From a virus: 64,000 nt of DNA. Both the position numbers and the translations under genes were made by a program. The notes beneath the pieces were generated by a model. That model had not been told where the DNA came from. It saw only the letters and a list, made by a program, of their open reading frames with translations, and ran no database searches. The DNA is taken from positions 1 through 64,000 of IMG/VR virus record IMGVR_UViG_3300050821_013777; one strand, 5' to 3'. Of the stretch, positions 17,086 through 26,773 are shown one piece after another (the stretch's first letter is position 1; each line of letters opens with the position of its first letter).

Positions 17086-19197
17086 GTGAAGCTCGTCGTC
17101 CTCGACTCGACCGCAATCGTCGCGACCGGGCCCGGCTCGCCCGCGTACTTCTCCCGCTACCTGGTCGAGTACCTGCGCGGCGCCGGACATGAAGTCACGA
17201 TCGCCCGCGGCTTCGACGATCGCCTGTGCGCGCCCGCCGATGCTGTATGGACTGAGTGGGCAAACGAGGATGCGTTCGAGGCGGCGGCGTCCGGCGTCTG
17301 CAAGCGCTTGGTCGTACGTCTGCGCGGATTCGAGGCGTTCGGGCCGCTCGATCGGCTCGAATGGTCGAACGTCGACGCGCTCGTGTACGAGAGCCCGTTC
17401 CTCAAGCAGCTTGTGGAGAGCCAGCTACCGGGGCTGCGCGGGTTCCGCTCGCATGTCATCCCGAGCGGTGTCGACGTCAACAGCATCCCCTTCAAAGAAC
17501 GCAAGCCGGGACCCGTTGTCGCGCTGGTCGCGCGCGGCGTGGCCGACAAGGGCTATCAGCTCGCGTTCGAATGGGCGCGACGGCGGCCCGACATCCAGCT
17601 CCACGTCGCGCTCGCGCTCCCCGAGCCGCGCCTTAAACGCTACCTCGAATACACGAAGCCTGACAACGTGACGATCCATCCGCAGGTCGACACGGTGAGG
17701 TGGTTGGATGAGATCGATGCCAACTATCTCCTGAGCGCCTCGAACTGGGAGTCACTCGGGTACACGATCGCTGAGGCGATGGCGATGGGGATCAAGCCGC
17801 TGATCCACGACACACCGGGAGCGAAGCTGAACTGGGAATCGGACGTGACCGGTAAGTGCGTGCTGTGGTTGGGGCTGGACGAGCTGGACAAGCTGACTCG
17901 GTGGCAGCGTCTCGAACCCCCAGGAGCGTATCACTCCGGCGTCTACCGCCACTTTGTCGAAGAGCGCCTCGACGCCTACAACCAGTCGCGGAAGTTCACT
18001 GAGTTGATGCTGGGGTTGCCTGCGCGCGTTCCGGTTCGGCTCCCGAGCGCGGCCGGACTTATTCTCCAGATCGAATCTGCCATCCAAGCAAACCAGCTTG
18101 AGATCGCCGACGCACTACTGCTCGAATTTCGTGACCGTACACCCCGTCTCAGGGGGTTTGATGATCACCGTGCAGGGCTCGCGCTCAAACTCGCAGCCAC
18201 CTATTACAGTGCCAACGACTACGGACGCGCGCGAGTCTGGGCACTGCGCTCACTGGGCGATGTTGTACGAACGGACACGCTGTGCTTGCTTGGGGAGATC
18301 GCAGCAGCAGAGAGCGATCTAGAGAATGCCGAACGCTGGTACGACGCCTCGCTAAAGGTTGTCAGCCCGGCGTCGTGCTACGTGACTACCGGACTCGCGG
18401 AAGGTAGAGGAAAGCGCTGCGTGGAGATCGCCAGCGAGCTGTACCCAAACCTCACGCGTGCAGCCGAGCCACCACGACGATATCTCATCGTGGTGGCTGT
18501 GCGGAACGCAGAGAAGTTCGTCGATGCGTGCCTCGAATCGATCATGCAACAGACGCGGCCGCTCTTTTGCGCCCTCATGGACGACGGCAGCGACGATGAG
18601 ACGTTCTCGATTGCTTGCCGGGCTGTGGCGCGGGGTGGTGGACGAATCCATGCGCGCACGCACGGGGGACGGAACTACTCGCTCCGCAACATCGCTGAGG
18701 CAATCCGTACGCACGGCCAGCCTGACGACGTGGTCGTGATTGTGGACGGGGATGACAAGCTAAAGCCCGGCGCTCTCGATTTGCTGGACACCGTGTACGC
18801 AGCTGGTGCCTGGATGACATACGGAAACTTCGTGACGTCGGATGGACGCCCGAACTGGATGCCTCCATACCCGCATCGGATCGTCGAGGCGAGCGCCTTC
18901 CGCTCCTACCCGTGGGCGGCATCGCATCCGAAGACGTTCAAGAAAGAGCTGTTCGACAAGATCAACCAGGACGACTTTCAGCACGATGGCGAGTGGTTCA
19001 AGACGGCTGGAGATGTTGCGCTCATGATCCCGATGCTGGAAATGGCCGCTGAGCGCGCTGTGTACGTGCCGCAAGTGCTCTACGAGTATACAGAAGACAA
19101 CCCGCTCGGAGACCATCACGTCAACTCCGACGAACAGGTTAGGGTGCGCGACCTGATCTTGGTCAAGAAGCCATACCAGCGGCTGGAGAAGCTGTAG
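17086..19197 (+). CDS. Multidomain glycosyltransferase: GT-B (GT4-like) + TPR + GT2
   Basis: IPSGVD, SNWESLGYTIAEAMAMG; helical TPR-like middle; VRNAEKFVDACLESI, DDGSDD, VDGDD. Confidence 0.85.
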   Translation: MKLVVLDSTAIVATGPGSPAYFSRYLVEYLRGAGHEVTIARGFDDRLCAPADAVWTEWANEDAFEAAASGVCKRLVVRLRGFEAFGPLDRLEWSNVDALVYESPFLKQLVESQLPGLRGFRSHVIPSGVDVNSIPFKERKPGPVVALVARGVADKGYQLAFEWARRRPDIQLHVALALPEPRLKRYLEYTKPDNVTIHPQVDTVRWLDEIDANYLLSASNWESLGYTIAEAMAMGIKPLIHDTPGAKLNWESDVTGKCVLWLGLDELDKLTRWQRLEPPGAYHSGVYRHFVEERLDAYNQSRKFTELMLGLPARVPVRLPSAAGLILQIESAIQANQLEIADALLLEFRDRTPRLRGFDDHRAGLALKLAATYYSANDYGRARVWALRSLGDVVRTDTLCLLGEIAAAESDLENAERWYDASLKVVSPASCYVTTGLAEGRGKRCVEIASELYPNLTRAAEPPRRYLIVVAVRNAEKFVDACLESIMQQTRPLFCALMDDGSDDETFSIACRAVARGGGRIHARTHGGRNYSLRNIAEAIRTHGQPDDVVVIVDGDDKLKPGALDLLDTVYAAGAWMTYGNFVTSDGRPNWMPPYPHRIVEASAFRSYPWAASHPKTFKKELFDKINQDDFQHDGEWFKTAGDVALMIPMLEMAAERAVYVPQVLYEYTEDNPLGDHHVNSDEQVRVRDLILVKKPYQRLEKL

Positions 19198-19288
19198 TGG
19201 ACGACGTCCTACTCGGCGTAGTGATCGGAGTCGTCGGTACGCTCGTCGTCGAGTTCGTGCTCTTCGCCTACATGATCAGGCCGCCGCG

Positions 19289-19492
19289 ATGAAGGTTCGT
19301 ATCGAGTACGAGATCACGGTGGACGACCCAGACGAAACCGAGAAAGCCTGGCGAGCGTTGGCGCAGCAGCTCACGCCCAGAAAATGGACCATCAAGGAGG
19401 TGCAGTTCTGTACTCGGCTGGAGCAGCCTGGGCCAACCACGTTCCAGAACGTACGCGTCATTCGTGTCGTTGCCGGCGAGGCGAAGCCGTGA
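19289..19492 (+). CDS. Small protein, paralog of 21523-21699
   Basis: MKVRIEYEI..KW..LEQPGPTTF. Confidence 0.6.
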   Translation: MKVRIEYEITVDDPDETEKAWRALAQQLTPRKWTIKEVQFCTRLEQPGPTTFQNVRVIRVVAGEAKP

Positions 19493-19824
19493 CGCCCAAC
19501 ATGCCCCTCGTCTGGCTGCTCCTACTCGTTGACGTCGTCGTCTCGTCCCTCGGCAGCGTTGCCGCGAAGCGGGCGCTGGTGACAGGTGGGCCTCGATGGG
19601 TCGTTGCTGCGATGCTGATCTACTCGCTCGCGAACATCACCTGGATCGCGACACTGAGGAGCGGTGCCGGGCAGCTCGCGCGAATGGGTGTGCTCTGCGA
19701 CCTATCGAACTGCATCGCCGTCATTGTGCTTGGGCTGGTGGTCTATCGAGAGGCGATGACGCTACGGCACGGTGTCGGGCTCGCTGTCGCGATGGCTGGA
19801 ATCGTGCTGCTGGGAGGGGAGTAG
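19489..19824 (+). CDS. SMR/DMT (EamA-like) 4-TM transporter or flippase subunit
   Basis: Four TM helices; VLGLVVYREAMT..GVGLAVAMAGIVLL. Confidence 0.75.
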   Translation: MTPNMPLVWLLLLVDVVVSSLGSVAAKRALVTGGPRWVVAAMLIYSLANITWIATLRSGAGQLARMGVLCDLSNCIAVIVLGLVVYREAMTLRHGVGLAVAMAGIVLLGGE

Positions 19825-20032
19825 TGGCCAAGCTGAAATTCTCTGGTGCGAGCGGGCGGAGGCCGCAAGCTGAGGCGCGCAGCTATGTCTACAGCGTGAT
19901 TGTGGCTATGCTCGACAATGAGCTAGGCGAGTCACAGGGCTGGATGTTCGGCGGCATCGAAGAGGAGCCCGACGAGAGACGCGTGCGAAAAGCCGTCAAA
20001 GCTGTGCGCGCCGAGATGTTGCGGAAACCCTG

Positions 20033-20899
20033 ATGATCACCCTCGTCGTCTTCTCGAAGGACCGCGCGCTCCAGTGCGACAGCCTGCTGCGGAGCGTGAA
20101 GGACCACTGCACGGGGATCGATCAGATCGTGGTGCTGGCGAAGGCATCCTCTGAGCTGCACATCGCTGCATACAAGAAGCTGCGGGAGGAAGGCGAGTAC
20201 GACGAGCTGACAGTGAACGGTGTCGATGGGGGGTTGCCGCTCGGTGAGGACATCTATCAGGCCATCAACGACTCGATGTACACCGCCCTCGCCGTCGATG
20301 ATCAACTCTTCTACGCGCCATCGAACTTCGTGGCTGCGGCTGAAGCACTCGATCTCGAAGGCGGGTTCATTTGGTCGTGGCGACTCGGAGATGGGAAGCA
20401 GGCTGTACGTGTCGGCGACAGGTTGAACTATTGGACCTGCTCCGCGCTCTCGACTGATCCCGACTACGGCTACCTCTGGCACTCGGACGGCGCACTCTAC
20501 AAGACCGTCGACTATGTCAAGATGCTCGACAAGTACCTGCCCGACTGGCGAACCGGCACGTACACCCCCAACGATCTCGAAGGGCTGGTTGCGACGAAGC
20601 GCAAGCTCTGGGCTCCGCATGCCGGACCGCATCTCGGCCCCCTCACACCCGCGTGCGTTACCTGGCAGCTGAACCTCGCGCGACGCGACTATGCAAGGGG
20701 GTCGCCCGTGTTCGAGATTCCTGAGACGCGCCTCGACGCTCTGGCACAAGCGTACCTCGACGGCAAACGGGTGAACAACGACGCTCTGTACGGAGCGCTG
20801 AGCGCGAATCCGCTGCGCTGGAACCAGCCCGGCGATCGGCCGACGCACATACGCGCGTGCGCGGAGGCGTCGCGGTACTGGGCGAGCTGCGTACGATGA
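20033..20899 (+). CDS. Putative GT-A fold glycosyltransferase
   Basis: VVFSKDRALQCDSLLRS N-terminus, AVDDQLF acidic motif, PNDLEG. Confidence 0.7.
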   Translation: MITLVVFSKDRALQCDSLLRSVKDHCTGIDQIVVLAKASSELHIAAYKKLREEGEYDELTVNGVDGGLPLGEDIYQAINDSMYTALAVDDQLFYAPSNFVAAAEALDLEGGFIWSWRLGDGKQAVRVGDRLNYWTCSALSTDPDYGYLWHSDGALYKTVDYVKMLDKYLPDWRTGTYTPNDLEGLVATKRKLWAPHAGPHLGPLTPACVTWQLNLARRDYARGSPVFEIPETRLDALAQAYLDGKRVNNDALYGALSANPLRWNQPGDRPTHIRACAEASRYWASCVR

Positions 20900-21139
20900 A
20901 CATACTTGGACGTCGCGACGTCGTTGTTTGTACCGCGTGCGGCAGGTACATAGCCGGCTACGTGCCGCGCGGCGGGGACGGTACGATTTTTCCTCGTCGG
21001 CACAAGAATGACCGGCGCAAATGGTGTGGTGGCAGCACCTTGCCAGGAAGAATCCCAAAATGATCGAGCGCATGAAGCTGTGGTGTGTGGAGAACCCCAC
21101 CCTGTGCAAGACGCCTGATGTACAGGTCGGCGAGCTGAA

Positions 21140-21526
21140 GTGATCCTTCATCCACACGTCGAGGTTCGGCTCTCGCCAATTCACGGCTTCGGGATTTTCG
21201 CGACGAGGCCGATCGTGCAAGGCGAGGCTGTTACGGGTTGGCGAGCAGATAAGGACTTCTGGCTGTCGCCGCACGAATGGATCTCGCTGCCCCCTAACCT
21301 GCGAGCCTTCCTCTACACGCACTGCTGGCGTGGCCCGGACGGGTGGTACGGCAGTCACGACGGTGCGCGCTTCACAAATCATTCGAAGACGCCGAACCTC
21401 ATCTACAGCGAAGTGAAGCATACCTCGTATGCGCTGCGGGACATCGACGCAGATGAGGAGCTGACGGAGAACTACGAGGAGTTCGACGCCGTCTTCAACG
21501 AGTACGCTGAAGAGCTGAAGCCGTGA
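21140..21526 (+). CDS. SET domain protein-lysine methyltransferase
   Basis: SPIHGFGIFA, ARFTNHS..PN, ALRDIDADEELTENY. Confidence 0.9.
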   Translation: MILHPHVEVRLSPIHGFGIFATRPIVQGEAVTGWRADKDFWLSPHEWISLPPNLRAFLYTHCWRGPDGWYGSHDGARFTNHSKTPNLIYSEVKHTSYALRDIDADEELTENYEEFDAVFNEYAEELKP

Positions 21527-21699
21527 AGCTGACTATCGAGTACGAGGTTCCGGAAGGCACCTCAAAAGAGCAGGCGGTAAAGCTCGTCGCCAAAAAGCAT
21601 CGGCCGTTGAAGTGGATCGAGGGGTGGAAACTAGAACAGGTCGGTCCTACCAAGTTCAAGAAAGTTGGCGTCCTGACCATCACCACGGAGCCGAAGTGA
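21523..21699 (+). CDS. Small protein, paralog of 19289-19492 (below the ORF-track cutoff)
   Basis: MKLTIEYEV..KW..LEQVGPTKF; GTGA overlaps on both sides. Confidence 0.6.
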   Translation: MKLTIEYEVPEGTSKEQAVKLVAKKHRPLKWIEGWKLEQVGPTKFKKVGVLTITTEPK

Positions 21700-22565
21700 C
21701 TCCCGACGTCGCCGAACTCTGCGCCGTGGGTGAAGCCGCATTCGCGAACGACGAATTCGAGGAGGCAGAAGCCTGGTACGAACTGGCGTGCTCAGGCGGG
21801 TACCGAGTCGTTCGACCGGGGCGGCCTACGCGGCACGACTGTCTCATCCCGAATCGCTTCGCGCGCTGGGAGCAGCTGCGGGCGATGATGTACGAGCGAT
21901 CGGTGCGACGGCTGGCAAAGCCTGATCCAGGGCACGTGCTCGCGGTGATGACCGTGAGGGGGCGAAACATCCCGCGAGCTACGACTTCGATCATGCGCGC
22001 GCTGTTGACGTGGGATGCGTGGAAGGGCCGACACAGGCTGCTCACAGATGGAGACAACTGCCCGCTGGAGGGGCAGGCTAAAACGTTTTTCAGGGCACTT
22101 CATTGGGCCGCGCAGATCTCGAACCTGACCGCCCTCACCCTTCTCGAAGACGACGTTGTGCTCGCGAAGAATGCGCTCGACTACATCGCGACGACGCGTA
22201 TCGACCCGGACCTGGCGTTCGTGTCGTGGTTCTCGATCGACAGCTACCTCGGCCCGCGGCTGCTACCGCTGCTCCACTGCGTCGATGCGCGTGACTACCA
22301 GTACAACCAGGCGATCACGTTTCCAGCGCGCACAGTGCACGAGCTGCTCGCCTCGGACGCGCTCAAGAACTGGTCTGAGCCCCATGGCGCGGACCGCATC
22401 TACAAGGACGTGTTCCCAGACCGCAAAGTCGGCATCCACTACCCGAACCTTGTGCAGCATGTCGGCGGCACAGCGTCGCTCGTGGGAAACAACCACCAGG
22501 GCGCTCGCACTTCACCTACTTTTATTGGCGAAGGCGCTGACGCGCTCGCGCTGGTGGGAGCATGA
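21696..22565 (+). CDS. TPR + GT-A fold glycosyltransferase
   Basis: GEAAFANDEFEEAEAWYELA TPR; LLEDDV; YPNLVQHVG..SLVG. Confidence 0.75.
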   Translation: MTPDVAELCAVGEAAFANDEFEEAEAWYELACSGGYRVVRPGRPTRHDCLIPNRFARWEQLRAMMYERSVRRLAKPDPGHVLAVMTVRGRNIPRATTSIMRALLTWDAWKGRHRLLTDGDNCPLEGQAKTFFRALHWAAQISNLTALTLLEDDVVLAKNALDYIATTRIDPDLAFVSWFSIDSYLGPRLLPLLHCVDARDYQYNQAITFPARTVHELLASDALKNWSEPHGADRIYKDVFPDRKVGIHYPNLVQHVGGTASLVGNNHQGARTSPTFIGEGADALALVGA

Positions 22566-22785
22566 AGCGCTGGCTCCTCCTGCAGCCAGGGATGATGGAT
22601 GATGGACGAGGCGCTCGTGCTGACGGACGACGAGCTTATCGCGACGCAGGCGATCTGGAATGACGAAGAGGATGTAAAGAAGATTCGCGCCGCGACGAAA
22701 GGCGACTGGGTCGTGACCAACGAGGGCTTCGCGATTCGCATCGCCGACGAGCCGCTCTCAGGCGAGTACAGGATCCCGCGCTGAT

Positions 22786-22912
22786 TTGACACCAGCCCCC
22801 TGCCCAAGCGATCCTCGTCTGACATAGGGAGGCGAAAGCCTCTCGTTCCGGCGACTCGAAAATCGGGCGCTCACTACAGAGAATGGTCTCTGTGGCGGGC
22901 GCCTTTTTGCGT
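22786..22912 (+). promoter_or_regulatory. Structured late-gene leader, copy 1 (promoter, hairpin, conserved box, terminator)
   Basis: TTGACA-18-GATCCT, ACATAG, GAGGC-GAAA-GCCTC, GCGACTCGAAAATC, GC-rich stem + TTTTGCGT; same architecture at 31826-31948. Confidence 0.7.
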
Positions 22913-22982
22913 GTCGGCACCTCTCCTGCAGTCCTGGCTGTGGGGAGATCGGGGAGTCCGGCCCCCGAAGAGGAGACGAAAG

Positions 22983-23477
22983 ATGGCCTTCACACAGTTC
23001 GCGAAGAAGCTCTACTTCAACATCACGTGGGCAGCGGGCTCAACACTCTCGACCAAGGTCGTTCCGTGCACGCCGTTTCGCGCGTCGGTAACGATCGGTG
23101 ATCGCTACGGCGCGCTGCTCGAAGCGCTTCCCGCGCTGACAGGCAACTCGCCCAACACGATGAAGGAGCGGAATGGTGTCTCGGCGTGGTTCGTGCCACG
23201 CAGTGGTGGCGCGGCAGCAGTGACCTCGGCCGGCGGACCGGTATATGTGGACTTCGTCGGAGCCACGCTGGGACAGACGATCAACAACAACACGGCGCTC
23301 CTGCCGTACCTGAGCCTCGACGGTACCAGCGTCAACCGAAACCGTGGGACGGACACCATCTATGGGACGCTCGGTCAGAAGCGCGACTTCGCCGTTCGTC
23401 TGCGCCGTCCGACCACGACGACCGCGTCGTTCTCCGGCGTCCTGTACGTCTGCCGCAACCACTCGATCGAGGTCTAG
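22983..23477 (+). CDS. Beta-rich putative virion protein (jelly-roll-like)
   Basis: AGGAG SD; Thr/Gly/Asn-rich; ends RNHSIEV, similar to RHSITC of 29252-29710. Confidence 0.6.
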   Translation: MAFTQFAKKLYFNITWAAGSTLSTKVVPCTPFRASVTIGDRYGALLEALPALTGNSPNTMKERNGVSAWFVPRSGGAAAVTSAGGPVYVDFVGATLGQTINNNTALLPYLSLDGTSVNRNRGTDTIYGTLGQKRDFAVRLRRPTTTTASFSGVLYVCRNHSIEV

Positions 23478-23506
23478 TCGCTCGACGATCATGCTAGGCT
23501 CCTGGC

Positions 23507-24814
23507 ATGAGCCGACAGATCGTCGAGGTCGAACGCATTGAGGGATTCGCTGAGATTCAACTGCCCGAGTCGGCCCGCTTCGTCTTTGCAGCACCAGGAC
23601 GAGGCGGGCCGAAGTTGTGTCAGATCCGCGCCGCGCTGGCGCCGCGCGGGCGCCTGCGGCTATCAGGGACAGCCGGGCGCATCTTTGCTGACTTCGATCC
23701 GGGGCCGCCTACAGAGCCGCTGATCGCGCTCGACACAATCGCACGTAGCGACGCTGCAGGCTTGGAGCGCATGCTGCTGTCGGCGCTCCCGCACGTGGAT
23801 GAAATCGTGCTCGGAGTCGATGAGCGGAGCGACACGGCCACGGTGGAGGTGGCGCAGATGTACGCGGATAGCTTCTACATCTTCGCGGCGAGCGACGTCG
23901 GGCTCACTGAGGAGGAGTGGGCTGCGGACAAGATCCACTTCGCGAATGCACGGAATCTCGGCCGGGAGCGCGTTCAGTCGCCGTGGACCCTGGTCGTGGA
24001 TGCCGACGAATACGTGGGCCAAGCAGCTGATCTGCGTGAGGCCGTGGCCAAGTATCCAGACGCCGAGCACCTCGAATCAACGATCTTCTGTGGGGGTGTC
24101 AGAGTCGACTCCGATCGACAGCGTCTTGCCCGCACGTTGCTGCGCTGGACCGCGCCATCCCACAACCAACTCATGGTCAAGACCGGCGTCGGCTACAAGA
24201 CCGAGCTGCATATCATCGAGGACAAGAAGCTCCGGACTGCGACGGAGAACGCACGCCGGGATGCTCAGCGCAGCGAAGGAATCGAGCTGCTCGTCGACGA
24301 AGCTGGCAAGGGCAACATCTCAGCGCTGCTCCATCTCGCGAAGCACCGCGCTGGCCTTGGTGACACCGTGGAGGCTGTGCGCCTCGTGGAGGACTATCGC
24401 CTGCGCATCGAGCCCCATAGCGTGCTTGCCGACGAGCGTGCGATCACTGCGCTCACGCTGGGCTTTCGCTTCTACTACGAGGACGATCTTGCCCAGGCAG
24501 AGGTGTGGGCGCTGCGCGCGCTGCTCGACGGCCCTCGTGTCGCGGCGTTCTGCCTGCTTGGCGACATTGCAGAGGAGCAGTGCGATCTGCCGCGGGCTCG
24601 GGGATGGTACGAGGCGGCCTGTTCGATCACGACACCGGAGAGGGTCGATTGGCCGGGCGTTACGGAGATGCGCTGGGGACGACTCGACGGGATCAAGCTG
24701 GCGATTCTGGATCCAACAACTGCGCCGGTGGCGTACATCACCACCGTGCCGGAGACTACTTCGTCCCCTCCCAGTCCCGAAACTCATAATGGAGACCCAT
24801 CGCCAACGCCTTGA
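23507..24814 (+). CDS. GT2-like glycosyltransferase + TPR repeats
   Basis: VDEIVLGVD..SD, FANARN, WTLVVDADE, HNQL; C-terminal TPRs. Confidence 0.85.
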   Translation: MSRQIVEVERIEGFAEIQLPESARFVFAAPGRGGPKLCQIRAALAPRGRLRLSGTAGRIFADFDPGPPTEPLIALDTIARSDAAGLERMLLSALPHVDEIVLGVDERSDTATVEVAQMYADSFYIFAASDVGLTEEEWAADKIHFANARNLGRERVQSPWTLVVDADEYVGQAADLREAVAKYPDAEHLESTIFCGGVRVDSDRQRLARTLLRWTAPSHNQLMVKTGVGYKTELHIIEDKKLRTATENARRDAQRSEGIELLVDEAGKGNISALLHLAKHRAGLGDTVEAVRLVEDYRLRIEPHSVLADERAITALTLGFRFYYEDDLAQAEVWALRALLDGPRVAAFCLLGDIAEEQCDLPRARGWYEAACSITTPERVDWPGVTEMRWGRLDGIKLAILDPTTAPVAYITTVPETTSSPPSPETHNGDPSPTP

Positions 24815-24961
24815 CCGCGACTAAGAAGGCCGTCAGCCAGGCGGCCTCGACGCCGATCACAGCTGCAGCGTCGGTGACAGGCGACTCGTAGTAGTCCCAG
24901 GCCGTTCCTGCGCCGCTCTCGATGCGCTGCCAGACGGATGGTGGCGAGTCTGCCACCGAGA

Positions 24962-25450
24962 TCATCTCCTGGACGGTGAGAGCAGAAGAATGAGCACGAG
25001 ACCGCCGAACACGGCGCCACCGATCATCAGCGTCTTCTTTTTGACCTTCATCCCGCCAGGCAGCTTCACCATTGCACCGCCGCCTCTTCCTCCGCCTCCG
25101 CCGCCAGCCGCGTCGCCGCCATCGTCACCACTGGCATCTCCGCTGCTGTCGTCCTGCGCTGCACCTCCTCCACTGGGGGCAGGTGCGGGTCGCGGCGCTG
25201 GCCCAGGTCCACCCGGACTGCTGGTAACTGTGCTGAGCCCAGCTTGGACGAGAGAGCCGCTCCCTGGCGCGTAGGCGTTCGCCGCACTAGCGGCTGCCTG
25301 CTGCGCGAGCTTGCTCCGCAGGACAGCCTTGTCGATGCGATAGATGCCTTTCGCCCCTGCCTTGACGCCGTGGCTTGTCGCAACGACAGCCTTCTTGACG
25401 TAGTGAAGCGGGTTCAGCGAGAACCCGAGCGGCGCAGCCTGGATGATCAT
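24962..25450 (-). CDS. Putative virion membrane protein (Gly/Asp linker, C-terminal TM)
   Basis: PLGFS N-terminus, low-complexity linker, KKK + TM at the end; related to 26272-26697. Confidence 0.7.
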   Translation of the reverse strand: MIIQAAPLGFSLNPLHYVKKAVVATSHGVKAGAKGIYRIDKAVLRSKLAQQAAASAANAYAPGSGSLVQAGLSTVTSSPGGPGPAPRPAPAPSGGGAAQDDSSGDASGDDGGDAAGGGGGGRGGGAMVKLPGGMKVKKKTLMIGGAVFGGLVLILLLSPSRR

Positions 25451-25567
25451 CTCGCGAGCGCCCCCTACTTGGCGACTTTGATTCCGAGAACGAGCGCAGA
25501 CCCTGCGAGCAGCGCGCCGAACAGAATCGGCAGATATCCCTTACCCATGTGACTTTCTCCCTTCGCC

Positions 25568-26275
25568 CTAGTCGGGCTTCTTGGCGGCCGGTTTCTTCTT
25601 GTGCATGAGCATATACCCGCCCACGCCCGCGATGCCGATCAACCCGACGAACAGCAGCAGATGATGAGGCTTGTGCCCCGCGTGCTCTTCACCGCCGTGA
25701 CCACCACCGCCGCCTCCACCGTCGTCCCCACCGCCGCCTCCACCGTCATCTCCGCCTCCGCCGCCGTCAGCAGCGTCCTGATGCGGCGTCAGGTCGACAG
25801 CGGGCGAAGCTGGCGAGACGCTCGGGGCCGGCTGCGGCATGTTCTGGACCATGGCGGGTGGCTGCTGAGCAGCCTGTTGCTGTTGCGCAGCGATCTGCTG
25901 TGCCTGCTGCGCCTGGTAGAGCTGCTGCTGCAGGAACTGAAGTCGCGCCGCTGCCGCCTGGTCGTGTGCGGCGATCCGCTCCAAGCGGAAGTGCTCGCGA
26001 TCCCAGTTCGATTGCGCCACCCGCGCGCGCTCGATCGCACCACGATCGGGACGCACGATCGTGTTGTAGTAGTTGCGCGTGACCGTCGGGCCCGGAATGA
26101 ACCGCGTGGGACCGGGCCTGTAGACTGTGCGAACCGGCCCAGGCGTGTAGCGGTTGACGACCCGTGGCGGCTGCACAACGACTGCGCGAGGTGCAGGCAT
26201 CGCCGGACGTACTGGAGCAACAACAGGATGGAAAGCAGCGGCTCGGGAAGGCTGACCGAAGTACATGGCATTCAC
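25568..26275 (-). CDS. Putative virion membrane protein (Pro/Gln/Gly-rich, C-terminal TM)
   Basis: Gln-rich coil, GGGGGDD repeats, TM followed by KKK. Confidence 0.7.
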   Translation of the reverse strand: MNAMYFGQPSRAAAFHPVVAPVRPAMPAPRAVVVQPPRVVNRYTPGPVRTVYRPGPTRFIPGPTVTRNYYNTIVRPDRGAIERARVAQSNWDREHFRLERIAAHDQAAAARLQFLQQQLYQAQQAQQIAAQQQQAAQQPPAMVQNMPQPAPSVSPASPAVDLTPHQDAADGGGGGDDGGGGGGDDGGGGGGGHGGEEHAGHKPHHLLLFVGLIGIAGVGGYMLMHKKKPAAKKPD

Positions 26276-26697
26276 CTTTTCAAGAGGAGGAGCAGGAACA
26301 GAAACCCAACGCCGACTCCGGCGTAGACAAGCATGTGACTGTTCTCGACAGGCAGCTGCGCGCCAGGAGCTTCACTGTCGTCACCAGGCGGCGGTGTGTT
26401 GTCCGGCACCAGGATGGCACCCGGCGGCGGGGCTTGCCCCGGCTGCACCATGATTACCCGGCCCTGGTCCATGAAGCGACGGGCCTTACGAATCTGGCGC
26501 TGCACTTGATGCGTGTACTGCATCACCTGCGAGGTAGCATCGGGGGCGTACGCCTGCGCTCCGGCAGCGACGAGTGCCTGCGCGCGCGGGTCGCTGGCGA
26601 CAGCGACCGCGTCGTGTGCGACGGTCCTGAACGCGTTCGTGATCGAGAAGCCCAGAGGCGATGCAGTAGTGATCACGAGAGATACTGTACGGGGCAC
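26272..26697 (-). CDS. Putative virion membrane protein (C-terminal TM)
   Basis: PLGFS and AQAYAP shared with 24962-25450 (ANAYAP); terminal TM + KR. Confidence 0.65.
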   Translation of the reverse strand: MPRTVSLVITTASPLGFSITNAFRTVAHDAVAVASDPRAQALVAAGAQAYAPDATSQVMQYTHQVQRQIRKARRFMDQGRVIMVQPGQAPPPGAILVPDNTPPPGDDSEAPGAQLPVENSHMLVYAGVGVGFLFLLLLLKR

Positions 26698-26773
26698 GGG
26701 CCGGGGGCGTCAAATTGGCTGGCGGACCGGCGATTTGCAGGCGAGGGGCACAGACAGGTATCCTGGTGAGAAG

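Noticed and set aside
25690-25770. CCGCCGCCTCCACCGTC tandem repeats as a DNA repeat element
   Set aside because: They encode a GGGGGDD low-complexity linker in a membrane protein
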